Shown here: positions 60,187-64,000 of the stretch, piece after piece
How positions within the stretch are numbered: position 1 is the first letter of the stretch
Layout of the letters: each line of letters starts with the position of its first letter
Position numbers and translations under genes: made by a program
Source: Gracilinanus agilis
Lineage: Eukaryota
Direction of reading: 5' to 3'
Assembly (NCBI RefSeq): GCF_016433145.1
Contig: NC_058132.1
Coordinates: 90,411,423-90,475,422, forward strand
DNA length: 64,000 nucleotides
The notes under the pieces: generated by a model
Told to the model about the DNA's origin: nothing
What the model saw: the letters and a program-made list of their open reading frames with translations, nothing else
Databases searched by the model: none

Positions 60187-62629
60187 GTGAATTTTGGTAG
60201 AAGTCTGGATCCAGCATGAGGGAATCTTGCATCTGATATTGTCAAACAGCCACTTCCTCAAACCCCAAAATAAGTTCAAGTCCCCTTTCTTAGTGCAGAA
60301 TCTCATCAAACCCACTGGGATTGATTGGTCTCCTTGACCTTGTGCTCCTAGGCTTGTGCAAGTTAACTTTGTGCTCCTTGGTACTATGCAGTGGATGATC
60401 CCTCCTCCTGGAATCAGACACAATCAATTATCAAAGTCTGTCAGAGACCAAGGATCAAAACTTAGAGACCAAGGATCGAAACCTAAAAACCATGGAGACC
60501 ATAGAAACGAAACTTAGTGAAGGATTTCCCAAGAAACGAAACTTATGTTAGGAATAGAAACTTATCCAGCTTCATCCGGGATAGGCGTGGCGAGACCAAC
60601 GGCCCGAGACCACTGGAAAATTCCTTACCCCAGTCCTAGAAGCATATAAACCCACTCCCTGCACTCAATAAACGAGCCTTGTCACAATTAAGACTGATTT
60701 GTCTTTATTGCGCCTCGGTCTCCCTTCTCTCCCCCTATGGTTCTTCCAGGTGGCTGACTCACGGGTCTCTCACGGTTGTATCCGGCTGGATCCGGATAAA
60801 AGTCCCATAATATTGAACAATCAATGGCAGGTTTCCATAATATAAAGCTTTTGGGAATGCATTGACATTAGGGGTAATGGACATTTTAAAGTTATCCTAG
60901 AGCTAAACTAAAAAAGCATTAATATTGGTAACATGTGCTTTGAGTACAAAAAAATGAGAGAAAAAAGAAAACTCAAATACTCTATTGCACATTCAAGGAA
61001 AAACAATAATAATTTTTCAAAAATCTAAATATATAGTTCATATTCCATGAAAAAGGGATCCATGAAAAGGGGCTCAAAATAAAGGTTTCTCACCTAAAAA
61101 TGAGAACCATTTCCTTTTTAACTTGGCCATGATCCACAATGTGAGTTTACATGATTTTCACCAAGTAACAGCTTTATAAAAACAGTAGTACAGCAGCTAA
61201 TGCACATTCAAAGAAGTACCAAAATCATAAGAACACGTCAACTTCTCCAAAGATTACTAATACAGGTTTTGTCCAGCTAGTTTATGGACTTTTATAATGA
61301 GATTTTCTCCAGTTCAGGCATAAGACAGTACAAATAAAGACAGTGCAACAGAATATATAGCTAATAGCCAAAACACAGTAACAGAAAGTGACATATTGTA
61401 ACAGAATATTATAGATTAAATTAATATATAAACTTAAAAACAAAATTAAATCTTAAAACAATCAGCAAATATAATAAGCATGACAGGATACAAGCACTTA
61501 GTGTTAATAGAAGGTTTTACATGGGAGCAATCAATCCCAGAGTCCTTTTCTCCGATTCTAATAGCTGCGTTACAGAGACTTCTTCACTATTTGGAGGGGA
61601 ACAAAGTGAAACAGTTAGCATCAATAAGACAATGGAGTCTAAAAAGGCTTAAAATTCACCTCCAGACTCTTGGAGGTTCCTTCTCCTCCCCAGAATCATC
61701 ATCCATCTAGATTCCTTTGGTCACACTTCTGGGGTTCCCCATAGAGGGGTGGATTTCCACATTGAGCACAGTGTGGACAAATCCCATATTAGATGTGTTG
61801 CAGAGACTGGGCATGCTTAGATAGTAAGGGGGATGAATCTCCCTTCTAAATCTTGAGATCACTCAAGCTAACAGCAAGGACAAATGCACCCAGGAACAGT
61901 AGTAAGAAAAGATATCCTAAAACTTTGAGCTGTGCGAGTTCGGTAATGCTCTCCTGGAAAGGGAGATATTTGAGAGAGGCAAGAAACTGGGCTATGCTTG
62001 CAATTCTACGTCCTGTCTGTAGGTGATGCTAGCCTAGTATGTACTGGCTAGGAGTAAAACCTCACATGGCTAGTAGATGGAGACACGTCCCAATCAGCCT
62101 TTGAATGAAGGATGGGGTGAAAAGCCCTTAGCCCAAGACTAAATTTAGGAGGGGAAACAAGAAAAGGCAAAACAAAACACAGTCTTGAAGGTAAAAAAAA
62201 ATTCAGGAGTTAGCTAAGAGGTTTGGAAGTGTTACCTTCCTTCCCCTCCCCAACAGACGTAAAAACACCAAGGATCTGCTTGCTTCCACTATCATGTAGT
62301 CAGGGATTTAAGAAGGTGGAAGGGTCCCCTCAGTTAAAAGCTTTTAGGAAGCTAATTGTTGCCTAAGAGAAACACCCAGGCTTCCAAAACAGCAGCAAGC
62401 ACTCAGCTGTTAATAATGTAATGGAAATTTATACTTTACCCTCCACGCAGAAAACTGCTCACACTGGCCCCCAGCCAATGTGCTCAGAAGAAGTGGCAGT
62501 GTCTGATCAAATGTGGGAGGTAGAGGCAGGTGAGAAATGTGGTTTTCTCAAAATAATCTACTCCCTATCTTTACTCTAAGACTCTTTTAAAAGAATCAAG
62601 GATTCTATCCCTTTGTGGCTCACCTACAA
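60187..62629 (-). mobile_element. Partial ERV1-like internal region (non-coding, degenerate)
   Basis: Abuts an LTR via a PBS-like ttgtaggtgagccac; minus-strand remnant AAIRIGEKDSGIDCSHVKP (~61512-61568) resembles the gamma-type integrase C-terminal (W)IHxSHVK motif. Confidence 0.5.
60439..60798 (+). mobile_element. Young solo LTR (360 bp) with 6-bp TSD, ERVK/betaretrovirus-like
   Basis: tgtc...gata termini; TSD aaagtc at 60433-60438 and 60799-60804; U3 direct repeats, TATAAA 60645-60650, AATAAA 60667-60672; CpGs retained. Confidence 0.88.
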
Positions 62630-62920
62630 TGTTAAATTTAAATTAATATCCAATAACTCAAGTATTATATTTTATAAGATTTATTAGTAATCACTTGAAG
62701 TAGAAGAAATACAAGAACACAAGTAAAAGCCTGAGTAAAGCCATGTGAGTAAAATTCTCCTACCTGGCACTCACTCAACTGCCACAGCCGCCTTCCTGGG
62801 AACAGAGAGAGAGAGCAGAACTACACAAAACTTATATCTTCCCTACATTAGTACATTAGCATAAATATGCAAATGGGATGCTGGGAAAGAGAGTCCTGGG
62901 GAGCAAATTCTAATTATATA
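62630..62920 (-). mobile_element. 5' LTR of the partial ERV (~290 bp)
   Basis: Minus strand: t(a)tataattagaatttgc...gatataag...ctctctctct...aataaa...tttaaca. Confidence 0.7.
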
Positions 62921-63179
62921 CTTTCAATCAGATTAATTTCTCTACTTCTGCAATAGACACTAATACCAGGTGCTCTCATGATTCAAATATAATTCTCTTT
63001 TCTTTTTTCTCCCTTCATTACTTCTGTCTATGTATTTTTAAAAAGGTCTGGATATTTTTTTTGGAATTTTATTTAAAAGAAGAAGTGTATATACAAATAT
63101 CAAGAATAAATTTGCAGAACATTAAAGGTGCATAAAAATTAAATTACCTAGAACTGACTCGAAGGTCAGAGAGAGAAAC

Positions 63180-63655
63180 TCATTTGATTCTCATGCTCAT
63201 CCTGAGAGATAGGTGCTTTTATCATCCCTATTTATCAGTTGATGAAGCAGAAACTGGGAGAGATGAATCAGGATCACACATCCAGGAAGTGTTTGAGATC
63301 AGGATCACACATCCAGGAAGTGTTTGAGAAAGTAGGATTCGAACTTAAGTTTTCCTGATTCCAGATGTGTGTGGGACAAAATCTAAGAGTGAAAAGACTG
63401 GAGAGTGGAAAGATTCTATGGTAATCTCAAATGGTTTTTGCAGTAGGTGGGTAATAATGAGAGATTTAATTATATATAGTGACTAGGATTATGGGATCAT
63501 AGTTATACATGGGAAGAGACCTCAAAGGCTATTTGCTTTAATCCATTTTAAAGAAGAAGAAATTGAAGCTTAGGAAGCTTAAGTGATCTGCCTATGATCA
63601 CACAGATACTAAGTGTCAGAGATTGGATTTGATCTCAAGACCTCTGAGCCAGAGT
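63180..63655 (-). mobile_element. Two MIR/MAR-type SINE fragments; the first has a perfect 31-bp tandem duplication
   Basis: CORE antisense motifs (ttttatcatccctatttatcagttgatgaagcagaaactg; gaagaagaaattgaagcttaggaagcttaagtgatctgcc). Confidence 0.6.
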
Positions 63656-64000
63656 TTTCGTGAGAACAGAGAAAGGAGAATGTATGCAAAGGGATGTTGA
63701 AAAAGTTTGAATGATAAAACTTGAAAACTGAATAAATATGAAGGGAACTGTCAAAAGAGCGTTAACAACAGTTGACATTTATAAAGCAGGCTTAGAAATG
63801 TAAATATGAAAAATGATAAAGGCTGGTATAAATATATAAATTAGTATTTTAATTAAAGCCATGTTGATAGATAAAATCATTAGACCACGCGCTTGTAAGC
63901 ATTCAAAACTGCCGCCTCCATACTGTCTCCTGTTTCCTGGAAGCGCCTACTCGCCAAAGAGAGAGACCACTCCCTCCTAACCCACGAGATTTAAGCGCTC

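Overview
AT-rich, CpG-depleted mammalian DNA, most likely the opossum Monodelphis domestica (inferred from the SINE1_Mdo-type, MAR1-type and marsupial L1 repeats). It is part of a class I (OR51/52-type) olfactory receptor cluster, with four single-coding-exon OR ORFs on the + strand. (1) An OR51-like receptor at 2584-3693 has lost both cysteines of one ECL2 pair and has a ~55-aa C-terminal extension. (2, 3) Two old tandem OR51 paralogs at 11732-12697 and 22681-23646 differ by ~16-17% at both CDS ends but only ~1.3% over a central 549-bp tract, a clear gene-conversion signature; each has a homologous candidate promoter block upstream. (4) A highly divergent but intact class I OR at ~52640-53587 keeps the intracellular signalling motifs but carries four in-frame deletions, all on the extracellular face, and lacks the class I carboxylate-binding HRFG arginine; this is the best novelty candidate. 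The rest is transposon-derived: a dead full-length L1 forming a three-layer SINE/L1/L1 stack at one target site, truncated L1s with TSDs, an ORF2-deleted (HAL1-like) L1, three solo LTRs with TSDs, a partial ERV, two hAT MITEs, and many SINE, MIR, L2, CR1 and Charlie relics. There is one 139-N gap. No rRNA, tRNA or CRISPR features are present. Family names are from sequence recognition only; no database search was run.
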